Positions 51,201 through 62,037 of a stretch of 64,000 bases of DNA are shown here, piece by piece. A model generated the notes under the pieces. The model was not told where the DNA came from, did not search any database, and was given only the letters and a program-made list of their open reading frames with translations. Made by a program: the position numbers and the translations under genes. Location: assembly GCF_046119375.1 (NCBI RefSeq), contig NW_027362772.1:314650001-314714000 (forward strand). The letters are read 5' to 3'. Position 1 is the stretch's first letter. Each line of letters opens with the position of its first letter. This DNA comes from Phyllobates terribilis (taxonomy: Eukaryota).

Positions 51201-53194
51201 AGAGCAGTTTGTGCACACTCCCGGTCTCGGGGGAGCTGCGCTAAGATCTCCGCTAGACCTAGCGGGGTTGTGGACTCTAGCAGGCTCCTGACCATCGGGT
51301 CGGTGCTGCTCTGCTCTTCTTCCGGCAGGCTCCTGGCCAGCGGGCCGGTGCTGCTCTGCCCTCCTTCCTCGGTCTCTAGCAGACTCCTGGCCAGCGGGCC
51401 GGTGCTGTTCTGCTTTCTCTCCATCTCCGGGTGAGCTCCTCCGCTACTCCTCGTTAGACCTCTTGCCTCCGGGTGCGCTCGCTCCAGACTGCTCCAGGCG
51501 ACACCCATCTTTGTTCTCTCCTTTCGTCTCCTCCCACTTCGAGGGCGGTCCCGGGGCAACTCGGTGACTGTCAGCTCCAGGGGTAGTTCTTTCACGCTGA
51601 CAGACACCTCCAACATCACAGTCTCTGTTGGTGGGGGCGGTTTCCACTTTTGGCGCCATTTTCTGTCCTGGCCCACGATGGGAGGTGGCCTCCTGCCCTC
51701 CTTTGGCACGCCCATAATGGCGTCCGCTGCTCTTCCAAGGCGGGAAATCTGCGGTTTTGGCGGGAAGCGTCGCCCAGTGGCGGGAAACTCTGCAGATGGC
51801 GGGAACAAGCTGGAAATGGCGGACAATCGGCGGGAAACGACTGGTGATGGAGTCCGATGGCGTGGACCCTCCGGAACCGGCGGGAGACTTCTTTCTGAGG
51901 TAAACTTGCACTTTTCTTCAGGCACGCAGTACCCGGGTGTTGCGGGCACGTAATCCTGCCGACTACGCCAAAGTTGACGCGCCCCCTGGGACATATTCCT
52001 TTTTGAGGGGAATACCCGGCACCGGATCAGATGGGGGGTTGTAGTCTCCGAGCGGCTGTGACCCGGCCCCGTGCCCAGGGCGTCAAGCTCAGTGTTATGT
52101 GGCAGCTTTACAGATGTTACTAAAGTTCTTTTGTGTCGACTACGCCACCCGTTGTGATGCGGTCACTGTGGCCGCCGCTGCAGCAGGGTCCGCTGAGGCT
52201 GATGGTGGATGCGCAGCTTGGTGGGATAACCCCCAACGGGAGGGGTATAGCCTCAGAGGGGACAGGCGCAGAGGATGGGGGTTGTGGTGGTGTAGTGCAG
52301 ACGGCAGTGAAGACAGAGTCGGGTTGTGCAGTTAAGGGTGTTTACTTACTGCAGATGTTGTACTGGTCACTCCAGCTGCTAGTGACCACCCGAGCCGTGC
52401 TGCGTCCACCAGGTCCTGGATCCAGCCAACCCCCAAACAAGTCCGGAGCGTGGCCCTGAGCTCTCCCTCTGTCCTTTCTTCAGCCGTCCCCACCAGTGAT
52501 CCACCTAGGTCCAGCTCCCTCGGGCCTTCTGTTGGGACACCCTTGGCCCTGGGTTCCCTGACCCTTCATGTGGTGTGCCTTCGGGGTGAATATGGTGGGT
52601 GACCGTGGCAAACGCTGCCCACGATCTCCGGTCTCTGGCTAGGGATTGTTTTTGCCCCCACCAGCTTGGGTTCCGGTACCCTGATGCTGACTCCTCACCC
52701 GGTGCTCTAGTTTGGGTTCTTGGGTCCCTTCAGTCTTCCCCCTCTGGGTCTTTCTCTGCTCCACTCTCTCTCTCTCCAGGGCTGCTGTTTCCTTCTCTCT
52801 CCTCTCCAACTCACTTTCTGCGTCTGAACTTGTCCTCTGCAGCTGACTGACCCTGATCTAAGTTGGTGCCCTCCTTATATATCCCTCTATGTGTGAGCTC
52901 AGGTGACCAGCACCCAATGAGCTCCTATCACTACCCAGACTGCTCCCCCTATCTGCCCCTACACTACATGGGATGTACCACCCCCCTCCCACTCCAGCCA
53001 GGAACAGGCTCGGTTGTACCTGCACATTTCTAAGTGGGAGTACCGTCGGCCTGCTCCTCTGAAATGGGATGTATGTAGTGCATGCAGTCTATCTGAGCTC
53101 AGTTCCACACTCCATCCTTACCCGGGAGTGGAATATCACACCTCTGGGTTGAGGTGCAATACCCCTGTAGCAGCCGAATCCTCAGGGTGCTACA
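48205..53194 (-). mobile_element. Non-autonomous LTR element C with intact cold-shock-domain ORF
   Basis: 1220-bp LTRs 51975-53194 (5') and 48205-49424 (3'); perfect TSD ATCA; PBS 51953-51970; PPT ~49425-49433. Confidence 0.96.
49889..51715 (-). CDS. ~608-aa protein with C-terminal cold-shock domain (frame stays open upstream to an ATG at 51994, giving 701 aa)
   Basis: CSD at 49997-50194 with RNP1-like HGWGFI and RNP2-like DVFVT; strong-context ATG (GCCATTATGG) conserved in A, B and C; synonymous-rich divergence versus element A. Confidence 0.85.
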   Translation of the reverse strand: MGVPKEGRRPPPIVGQDRKWRQKWKPPPPTETVMLEVSVSVKELPLELTVTELPRDRPRSGRRRKERTKMGVAWSSLERAHPEARGLTRSSGGAHPEMERKQNSTGPLARSLLETEEGGQSSTGPLARSLPEEEQSSTDPMVRSLLESTTPLGLAEILAQLPRDRECAQTALEGLARRMARVQRETLAQWSREMAQQTETCQRSTPPETRKQTASEDGAGGPKAGDGAEEGAERMEAGKGDAYTPSRETAHLPQLPVAEPESPPAVPVAAMSPPWTRPRPEAAAATPVTSRASTRSVTKQELPPAWSQGLVPPGAAPPTAPPTSAEPPAWPQGQVAQGAAVLTVPFTFQVPQAWPQGLGNPGATTTAPAPAIPRVPHLGEDLFSQLTWPDGRPFIWPEGYHELERQQRLRPLDEPLIPAPKPVARISPPLAEAQFEWDPTGEDLMGFTQETRAVAAERTECCRQQLAEFKREREERRVREQQAQIRSAEQKSRTRRNPRAAHCPRTIGTVIKFNPQHGWGFIRDRNNRGDVFVTRRDVESHLPEGHKGRDLYVGDEVTFTRHKCAKGPYALHVHRLTEEELRYGEEEPEDPDGSEATPYQEKAGGSRR

Positions 53195-53269
53195 ATCACA
53201 CCAGGGGATATTTACTCATCCAAGAGAATCGGACCGATTATGCTGATCTAAACTGTGCTGTGCTGCATT

Positions 53270-54720
53270 GACGGCTGGGGTGCAGTGATGACCGTGGGGC
53301 AGTGATGACCGTGGTGCAGTGATGCTCGGGTAAAGTGATGCCAGGGTGAAGTGATGCCAGGATGCAGTGATGGCCAGGATGTAGTAATGCTCGGGTAAAG
53401 TGATGCCAGGGTGAAGTGATGGCCAGGATGCAGTGATGGCCAGGATGTAGTAATGCTCGGGTAAAGTGATGCCAGGGTGAAGTGATGCCAGGATGCAGTG
53501 ATGGCCAGGATTTTAGTAATGCTCGGGTAAAGTGATGCCAGGGTGAAGTGATGCCAGGATGCAGTGACGGCCAGGATGTAGCTATGCTCGGGTAAAGTGA
53601 TGCCAGGGTGAAGTGATGCCAGGATGCAGTGATGGCCAGGATGTAGTAATGCTCGGGTAAAGTGATGGCAGGGTGAAGTGATGCCAGGGTGAAGTGATGC
53701 CAGGATGCAGTGACGGCCAGGATGTAGTAATGCTCGGGTAAAGTGATGCCAGGGTGAAGTGATGCCAGGATGTAGTGACGGCCGGGTGCTGTGATGGCTG
53801 TGATGCACTGATGGTGGCTTGCAGTGACAGCTAGGATGCAGTGATACCAGGGTGAAAGTGACAGCCAATGTGCAGTGATGACCGGGGTGCAGTGACGGCC
53901 AGGATGCAATGATGGTTGGGATGCAGTGATAGCCGGGGTGCAGTGATACCAGGGCGAAGAGACAGCCAGGATGCAATGATGGCCGGGGTGAAGTGACAGC
54001 CAGTGTGCAGTGATACCAGGGAGAAGAGACAGCCAGGATGCAATGATGGCCGGGTGCTGTGACGGCTGGGGAGCAGTGATGGCTGGGATGCAGTGACAGC
54101 CGGGTTGCAGTGACGTTCAGGGTGCAGTGATTACTGGGTTGCAGTGATACCGGGGAGAAGAGACAGCCAGGATGCAATAATGGCCGGAGGCAGTGACTGC
54201 TGGGGTGCAGTGACTTCCGGGGTGCAGTGACATTTGGTGTGCAGTGACGTTTGTGGTGCAGTGTTGTTCAGGGTGCAGTAACGGCCGGGTTGAAGTAACG
54301 GCTGGGGTACAGTGATGGCCAGGATGCAGTGACATTCGAGGTGCAGTGACGCTCGGGGTGCAGTGTTGTTCAGGGTGCAGTGACGGCCGGGTTGCAGTGA
54401 AGTTCAGGGTGCAGTGATTACTGGGTTGCAGTGATACCGGGGAGAAGAGACAGCCAGGATGCAATGATGGCCGGAGGCAGTGACTGCTGGGGTGCAGTGA
54501 CTTCCGGGGTGCAGTGACATTTGGGGTGCAGTGACGTTTGTGGTGCAGTGTTGTTCAGGGTGCAGTGACGGCCGGGTTGAAGTAACGGCTGGGATACAGT
54601 GATGGCCAGGATGCAGTGACATTCAAGGTGCAGTGACGTTCGGGGTGCAGTGACGTTCAGGGTGCAGTGACATTCGGGGTGCAGTGACGTTCGGGGTGCA
54701 GTGACGTTCGGGGTGCAGTG
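53270..54720. repeat. Degenerate 16/17-bp minisatellite
   Basis: Units such as GCCAGGGTGAAGTGAT, GCTCGGGTAAAGTGAT and TTCGGGGTGCAGTGACG; explains the His/Trp-rich pseudo-ORFs. Confidence 0.85.
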
Positions 54721-55248
54721 TAATGCTCAGACACTAGTGGCAGCCTTATAGTCGTGACTACACAGCTGTGCTGCCACATACTGCAGTGCCACAGTGAACA
54801 CGTCGGTCAGGCATGACGTAGGGTATGAATATCTGCCCTGATTTCTGTATCACGGCCTCCGTGGCGGAGTGTGATTGCTGCACCAGAATGTGAATAATCC
54901 TTTATTGCGTTAATATCCCGCTGCAGCGTCTGTAAGATTCCTGCATTATTCCACAGCCTCCCAGGAAGCGCAGAAAGCTGTCACGGCGTAAGATGCATAA
55001 ATATCTCTCATTCAGCTTTTCTCTATAATTATCCACACAGCTGTCACTGTTTTTCCTTCAGCGTCTTTATGGGATGTACAGCGATCCGTCATCCTGGAGT
55101 CGGCAGCGTTCACTGCGCATGTGGCTGCCGGTGTAGTCTGTGGGACGGGTTGGTGCTGTCCTGTATGTGACCGCATGGTATCTTATATCCACCCTGCAGG
55201 AAAGTCTTACACAACACAGGGCCGGGCATGTAAAAGATTTAGATTAAC

Positions 55249-55710
55249 AAATTACCCAGGAGGGTAAATAAACCTTATTTTAAGGGATGTAATAAAACAT
55301 GACTTTTATTAAATTTTAATTCAAAGATGGTCTATAATGATTATATAAGTATAGCCCCAGCCCCCTGAGGAAGCCTGTATAGGCGAAACTTGTTGGGGAG
55401 ACTATGATTTACTTTTAATCTGCTCTAGTGACTCTTGTGCACACTGCTAATGATATTCACCCTGACGGTGTTTGTTGATCCATGGATTGCAGCTATGTAG
55501 GATAGTATAGCTTAGTTCTAGCAATGTGTCTAGGATAATTAGCCGAACGGGTAGGATTCTCTAATCTAGGATTCCAATTTAATATAAAATAATACAAGAT
55601 AACTTTGGCATTTTAAAAACAGTATAGACCCTTTTTTAATTAAAGTTTAATAAAAGTCATGTTTTATTACATCCCTTAAAATAAGGTTGATTTACCCTCC
55701 TCTGTAATTT
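55249..55710. mobile_element. Penelope-like element remnant (inverted terminal segments plus hammerhead motif)
   Basis: 88-bp inverted repeats 55249-55336 and 55623-55710 (~7 mismatches) enclosing a CTGAGGA...GAAA core. Confidence 0.55.
55361..55398 (+). ncRNA. Degenerate minimal type I hammerhead ribozyme motif
   Basis: CCCC-CTGAGGA-A-GCC(TGTATA)GGC-GAAA-C(TT)G-TT-GGGG: stems I and II and a two-pair stem III. Confidence 0.55.
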
Positions 55711-55839
55711 AATAAGGAATTTCATTCGTAAAGAGTTTTTTACACCTATTAGTTAGGTTTTGGGAAAATAAAAGATGCAGAGATTAGGTCTTGTAGAACA
55801 AAGTCTGATGAACTCTTATTCATCCTACAGCTATATATA

Positions 55840-57034
55840 TGTAGCACCCTGAGGATTCGGCTGCTACAGGAGTATTGCACCTCAACCCAGAGGTGTGATA
55901 TTCCACTCCCGGGTAAGGATGGAGTGTGGAACTGAGCTCAGATAGACTGCATGCACTACATACATCCCATTCCAGAGGAGCAGGCCGACGGCACTCCCAC
56001 TTAGAAATGTGCAGGTGCGACCGAGCCTGTTCCTGGCTGGAGTGGGAGGGGGGAGGAACATCCCATGTAGTGTAGGGGCAGATAGGGGGAGCAGTCTGGG
56101 TAGTGGTAGGAGCTCATTGGGTGCTGGTCACCTGAGCTCACACATAGAGGGATATATAAGGAGGGCACCAACTTAGAATCAGGGTCAGTCAGCTGCAGAG
56201 GACAAGTCAGATGCAGAGAGCAGGAAACAGCAGCCCTGGAGAGAGAGAGAGTGGAGTGAAGAAAGACCCAGAGGGGGACAAAGAAGGGACCCAAGAACCC
56301 AAATAAGAACACCGGGTGAGGAGTCAGCAAGAGGGTACCGGAACCCAAGCTGGTGGGGGCAAAGACATTCCCCAGCCAGAGACCGGAGACCGTGGGCAGT
56401 GTCTGTCACGGTCACCCACTACATTCACCCTGAAGGCACACCACAGGAAGGGTCAGGGAACCTAAGGCCAAAGGTTGCCCAACAGAAGGCCCGAGGGAGC
56501 TGGACTTAGGTGAATCACTGGTGGGGACGGCTGAAGTAAGGACAGAGGGAGAGCTCAGGGCCACGCTCCGGACTTGTTTGGGGGTTGGCCGGATCCAGGA
56601 CCTGGTGGACGCAGCACGGCTCGGGAGGTCACTTGGAGCTAGAGTGACCAGGAACATCTGCAGTAAGTAAAGACCCTTAACTGCACTACCCGAGTCTGTC
56701 ATCATTACCGGCTGCACCGCACCACCACAACCCCCATCCTCTGCGCCTGTCCCCTCTGAGGCTATACCCCTCCCGTTGGGGGTTATCCCACCAAGCTGCG
56801 CATCCACCATCAGCCTCAGCGGACCCTGCTGCAGCGGCGGCCACAGTGACCGCATCACAACGGGTGGCGTAGTCGACACAACGAACTTTAATAACATCAG
56901 TAAAGACTGCCACATAACCCTGAGCTTGACGCCCTGGGCACGGGACCGGGTCACAGCCGCTCGGAGACTACAACCCCCCATCTGATCCGGTGCCGGGTAT
57001 TCCCCTCAAAAAGGAATATGTCCCAGGGGGCGCG

Positions 57035-57037
<3 letters not shown>
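55840..57037 (+). mobile_element. Solo LTR (1198 bp) of the element C subfamily
   Basis: TGTAGCACCCTGAGGA...GAATATGTCCCAGGGGGCGCGTCA; TATA on both sides (TSD within a TA tract); no PBS follows. Confidence 0.93.

Positions 57038-57076
<39 letters not shown>
57038..57076. repeat. (TA)n microsatellite
   Basis: TA run between the solo LTR and the Gmr1 LTR. Confidence 0.95.
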
Positions 57077-57079
<3 letters not shown>

Positions 57080-57683
57080 AAGGCAACTACCGGACACATA
57101 GTTGATGGGAGGTATGTATCACAGAGATGGTTGTCATCTGTGATGTAATCCTGGAATGTTGCTCTAGTGCACGTAGCACTAAGAGGATTATTTGGTGCAT
57201 CCGGGAGCAGGTTTTATGGGCAACTTGAGAGACGGGCGGGTCTTGTTGCCCCCATACCTCACCTCTGGGTGTGGTTAAGAGGTTATAATAGAGTCCTTTG
57301 TTTGACTCGTGATCTGTGTGTTTGGAGGGAGAAGGCCTCCTGTGTGTTGCTTCTCCAGACTGAGCCAGTGTACTGGATGCTATCCAGCCTGTGTGACCAC
57401 AGGACTGGCTAACCAGAGACTTTGCCAAAAGGACTGTTTACTTTGTTTCGCCTGCACTAAAAGCTGTTTGTTTTCCTTTTGCTTACGGACGGTTTATGTG
57501 GTAATAAACCGACATGGACATTTAAATGAAAACGTTTCCTGTTTGCCTCCCGATGCACCCAAGTGAGTAGAAACCCCACAATCTGCGGGCAGCGTTCCCA
57601 ACAGTTACATGTGACTGCTACAAAATGTACTGCATGTCCTGGGTGAAGTCTTGCATAAGCCAGCAAGTGACACCAGACAAAAA

Positions 57684-58500
57684 ATGAAGGATCTGCTTAA
57701 ACATCTGGTTCAAGCACAGCAGGCACAGCAAAAGCAGTTGTTACAGTGGCAACAAATGGCGCAACAGGACACAAGTAACCTGCTTATGCAGCAGCTCCAC
57801 TTACAGCTGCAGCAGCAACAGGACCAGCACCGTCAAGAGCAGCATTAAATTGATTTGCTCGCAGAGACGATTCGTGGCACGGTGACAGCTTCAACAAGGT
57901 CAGTGGATGATTTCTCCATCCGGAAGGCAGTAAGGAGAGCCTTGCAGAAAATGACCCCAGAGCATGAAATAGAGGCCTTTTTGACTGTATTTGAAAGGGT
58001 CGCCGAGAGGGAGAAACTTCCGCCAGAGCAGTGGGCAGAGGTGCTGGCGCCATACTTGACGGGGGAGCCCCAGAAGGCTTACTATGACTTGGCCTTGCAG
58101 TACGCCAAGGAGTATGGCAAACTGAAATTCTGGCACGCTTGGGGGTGACGATGACTGTAAGGGCGCAGCGGGTCCACCGCTGAGCCTATTACCATGACAA
58201 ACCCCCTCGCTTCCAGATGTTTGACCTCCTGCACCTGGTCCAAAAATTGCTGCAGCCGGAGTCCTCTACCTCTGCGCAGATGGTAGAGAGAATTGTGATG
58301 AACCGGTTTGTGCATTCCCTGCCAAGGCCAATACAGACTTGGGTTGCCCAGGGTGATCCCCGGAATGCTGATGAACTGATTGGACTGGTCGAGAGGTATC
58401 GGGGGTTGAGGGTTCCTTGGGAAGGTAGCCCACTCCATACTGGGGATCCCAACAGGGGAAGTAGGCCCAAAAGAAGGTGGGACGTCCAAAGGTCCGCCCA
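57684..58500 (+). pseudogene. Gmr1 gag with SCAN-like domain
   Basis: MKDLLKHLVQAQQ...; LQKMTPEHEIEAFLTVFERVA; LVQKLLQPE...ERIVMNRFVHSLPRPIQTWV...ELIGLVERY; frameshifts and stops. Confidence 0.75.
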
Positions 58501-59750
58501 ACATAGGGATCTAACTCTGAGGAAAGCATTTAATAATGTCACCGTCATAAATGGGATCGCACAGGAGCTGGGGGCTGACACAAGGTTTCCCTATTTTATG
58601 ATGAGTGAGGAGTTGTTGTACCGGGTTCCGAAAGTGAGGGAGGAGCTTATGGAACAGTTATTGGTGCCGGGGCCCTATAGACGGAGGGATTTGGAAATGG
58701 CCCATTGACATGTCCTGGGTGGCCATCTGGGAGTGAAAAAACTCAGGAACGGATCATGCAGAGGTTTTCTTGGCCCGGATGTCACCAGGAAATCTTTAAG
58801 TATTGCAGGTCCTGCCCTACGTGCCAGTTAACCGCCCTCACCTCTCACTTTCGAAGTCCCCTCGTGCCATTGCCCATCATTGAAGTTCCGTTTGAGAGAA
58901 TTGCTATGGACTTGGTCGGTCCCCTGGTTAAATCTGCTCGTGGGCATCAATATATATTGGTCATCCTGGACTATGCCACACGCTATCCTGAAGCGATCCC
59001 CCTGAGAAACTCCTCAGCAAAGAGTATAAATCGCGAATTGGTCCACGTATTTTCCCGGACTGGATTACCAAGGGAGATCCTGACCAATCAGGCGACACCC
59101 TTCATGAGTAAGGTGATGAGGGAATTATGTAAGGCCCTGCAAATCTCCCAATTGAAGACGTCAGTATACCGTCCTCAGACAGATGGCCCTGTGAAAAGGT
59201 TCAATAAAACTCTTAAGAGTATGCTGAGGAAGGCCATAGAAAAGGATGGTAGAGACTGGGACTGTCTCCTACCATATCTGTTGTTCTCTTTCCGAGAGGT
59301 TCCACAGGCCTCTACTGGGTTCTCACCCCTGAACTTCTGCATTGCCGACATCCGAGGGGTCTCCTTGATATAGCAAAGGAAACCTGGGAAGCTGAAGTCA
59401 CGTCCCACAGGAGCGTCATCGAGCACGTCGCACTGATGCAGGAGAGGATTGCAAAGGTGATGCCCAATGTAAAAGGACATCTCTTCCAGGCACAAGAGGA
59501 TCAAGCCAGGGTTTAAAACCGGTCAGCCAGAGTGAGGCAATTCAATCCTGGAGACTGAGTCCTCGTGCTAATTCCTACCGTGGAAAGTAAATTCTTGGCC
59601 AAGTGACAAGAGCCTTCTGAGGTGGTGGAAAAGCTTGGTGAAGTGAATTATAAGATTCATCAACCAGGAAGACGTAAACTATACCAGATCTACCAAGTCA
59701 ATCTCATCAAGCCATTGCAAGATAGAGAGGCTGTTGAAGCTCCGTGCTTG
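58500..59750 (+). pseudogene. Gmr1 integrase
   Basis: Zn motif ...CRSCPTCQ; FERIAMDLVGPL, DYATRYPEAIPL, RPQTDG; multiple lesions. Confidence 0.88.
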
Positions 59751-59904
59751 CTGGACAAGCCAGAAGCTGAGGTTGGAAGAGTCGCAATAGCGGAGACGCT
59801 GACAAAGGCCCAAAAACAGCAGTGTTGGGAAATGCTGCAGAAGAACAGGGATCTGTTCTCAGAATTGCCAGGGTGCACAAAGGTCATAGAAACACAAGGT
59901 TCTG

Positions 59905-61296
59905 ATGGAGCCACATGTACAGGTGAACTTGAAGCCCTATCGAACTCCTGAGGCCCGACAAGAGTTTATCTCCAAGGAAGTGGATCGTATGTTGAAACTC
60001 GGGGTCATTGAGGAATCCAAGAGCGGATGGTCGAGACTGATTGTCCTGGTTCCAATACCCGATGGCGAATGGAGATTCTGCAATGACTATAGGAAGTTGA
60101 ATGAGGTCTCCAAATTCGACGAGTATCCGATGCCGCGGGTCGATGAGCTGACTGAGTGAGAGACATGGGCCAGCAAGGTACCTAACCACCTTGGATTTAA
60201 CGAAGGGATATTGGCAGATCCCCATGTCACAGGGAGCCAAGGAGAAGACTGCTTTTTCTACGCCCGACGGATGCTTCCAATATGTCCGGATGCCGTTTGG
60301 ACTGCAGGGGGCCCCGGCCACCTTCCAGAGGGCCATGAACCGAATCCTTGCAACCCATAATAAATACGCCGCGGCATACCTGGACGATATTGTTATATTC
60401 AGCCCAGACTGGGGAAGTCATCTGGAAAAAGTCCAGGCGGTGTTTGATGCTCTAAAGAAGGCGGGGTTTTCAATAAATCCCCAAAAATGTGCCATGAGGA
60501 AAAAAGAAGCCAAATACCTGGGCTATGTAGTGGGTAGAGGCGAGATCAAACCTCAAATCAGTAAAGTGGAGGCAATCCAAACCTGGCCGAGACCACTGTC
60601 GAAGAAGCAAGTTAGAACCTTTCTAGGAATCATGGCATTCTACAGGAGGTTCATCCCAAACTTCGCCATGATGGCCGCACCCCTGACTGACCTCCCAAAG
60701 GGGAAGAAATCACCAATGGCCAAATGGACTGAAGAGGCGGAGACGGAGAATGAAAGGGGCTCTTTGTAAGCAACCGGTGATGGTTGCCCCCGACTTCAAG
60801 AGGGAATTTATACTCCAAACAAACGCCTCAGATGTCGGTTTAGGAGCAGTCCTTTCCCAGGAGATACATGGGGAGGAGCACCTTGTCCTCTACCTGAGTA
60901 GGAAGCTGTCCTCGTTGTGAGAAGAATTATTCTGTCATAGAAAAGAAATGCTTGTCCACAAAGTGGGCGGTGGACTCGTTACGGTACTATCTGTTGGGAC
61001 GAAAGTTTAAACTGGTATCAGACCATGCCCCACTCAGGTGGATGAGGGAGAAAAAAGGGAAAAATGCTAGAGTCACCCGTTGGTTTTTAGCCCTACAGGA
61101 TTTCAGCTCCCATGTGGAACATAGAGCTGGGAAGCTAAATTGGAATACTGATGCCCTCTCAAGAATCCCTTGTCTAATAGTAGAACGTGCCAAGCCCCAC
61201 AGCTTTAGGCAGAGGGGTGAGGTATGTAAAGCAGCTAACGGACATATAGTTGATGGGAGGTATGTGTCACAAAGATGGTTGTCATCTGTGATGTAA
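59905..61296 (+). pseudogene. Gmr1 reverse transcriptase and RNase H
   Basis: DYRKLN, DLTKGYWQ, MPFGLQGAPATFQR, YLDD, KWAVDSLRYYLLGRKF; stops and frameshifts. Confidence 0.9.
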
Positions 61297-62037
61297 TCCT
61301 CGAATGTTGCTCTAGTTTTTTGTAAGCACTAAGAGGATTGTTTGGTGCATCCGGGATCAGGTTTTATGGGCAACTTGAGAGATGGGTGGGTCTTGTTGCC
61401 CACATACCTCAACTCTGGGTGTGGTTAAGAGGACAAAATGTAGTCCTTTGTTTGGCAAATGGTCTGTGTATGTATGGAGGGAGAAGGCCTCCTGTGTGTT
61501 GTTTCTCCAAACTGAGCCAGTGTACTGGACACTATCCAGCCTGTGTGATCACAGGACTGGCCTACCAGAGACTTTGCCTAGAGCACTGTTTACTTTGTTT
61601 TGCCTTTTGGTTGTTTGTTTTGCTTTTGCTTACGGATGGTTTATGAGGTAATAAACCGACATAGACATTTAAATGAAAATGGTTCCTGTTTGCCTCCCGA
61701 CACACCCAAGTGAGTAGAAACCCTGCAATAGATATATATACGCTGCTCAAAAAAATAAAGGGAACACTTAAACAACAGAATATAACTCCAAGTTAATCAA
61801 ACTTCTGTGAAATCAAACTGTCCACTTAGGAAGCAACACTGATTGACGATCAATTTCACCTGCTGTTGTGCAAATGGAATAGACAATAGATGGAAATTAT
61901 TGGCAATTATCAAGACACCCTCAATAAAGGAGCGGTTCTGCAGGTGGGGACCACAGACCACATCTCAGTACCAATGCTTTCTGGCTGATGTTTTGGTCAC
62001 TTTTGAATGTTGGTTGTGCTTTCACACTCGTGGTAGC

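Larger units (their letters stand above)
57077..61730 (+). mobile_element. Decayed Gmr1-like Gypsy retrotransposon (integrase upstream of RT)
   Basis: Diverged LTRs at 57077-~57609 and 61225-~61730 (cut by Tc1); purine tract 61207-61224; order gag-SCAN / IN / RT / RH. Confidence 0.88.

Noticed and set aside
51716-51994. N-terminal 93 codons from the LTR ATG through the PBS as true coding sequence
   Set aside because: Element B has a non-triplet deletion here and A lacks the same ATG; the downstream GCCATTATGG start is more plausible, though not proven
55045-55160. Possible host exon after the TTTTTCCTTCAG acceptor-like site
   Set aside because: No convincing donor or recognisable peptide
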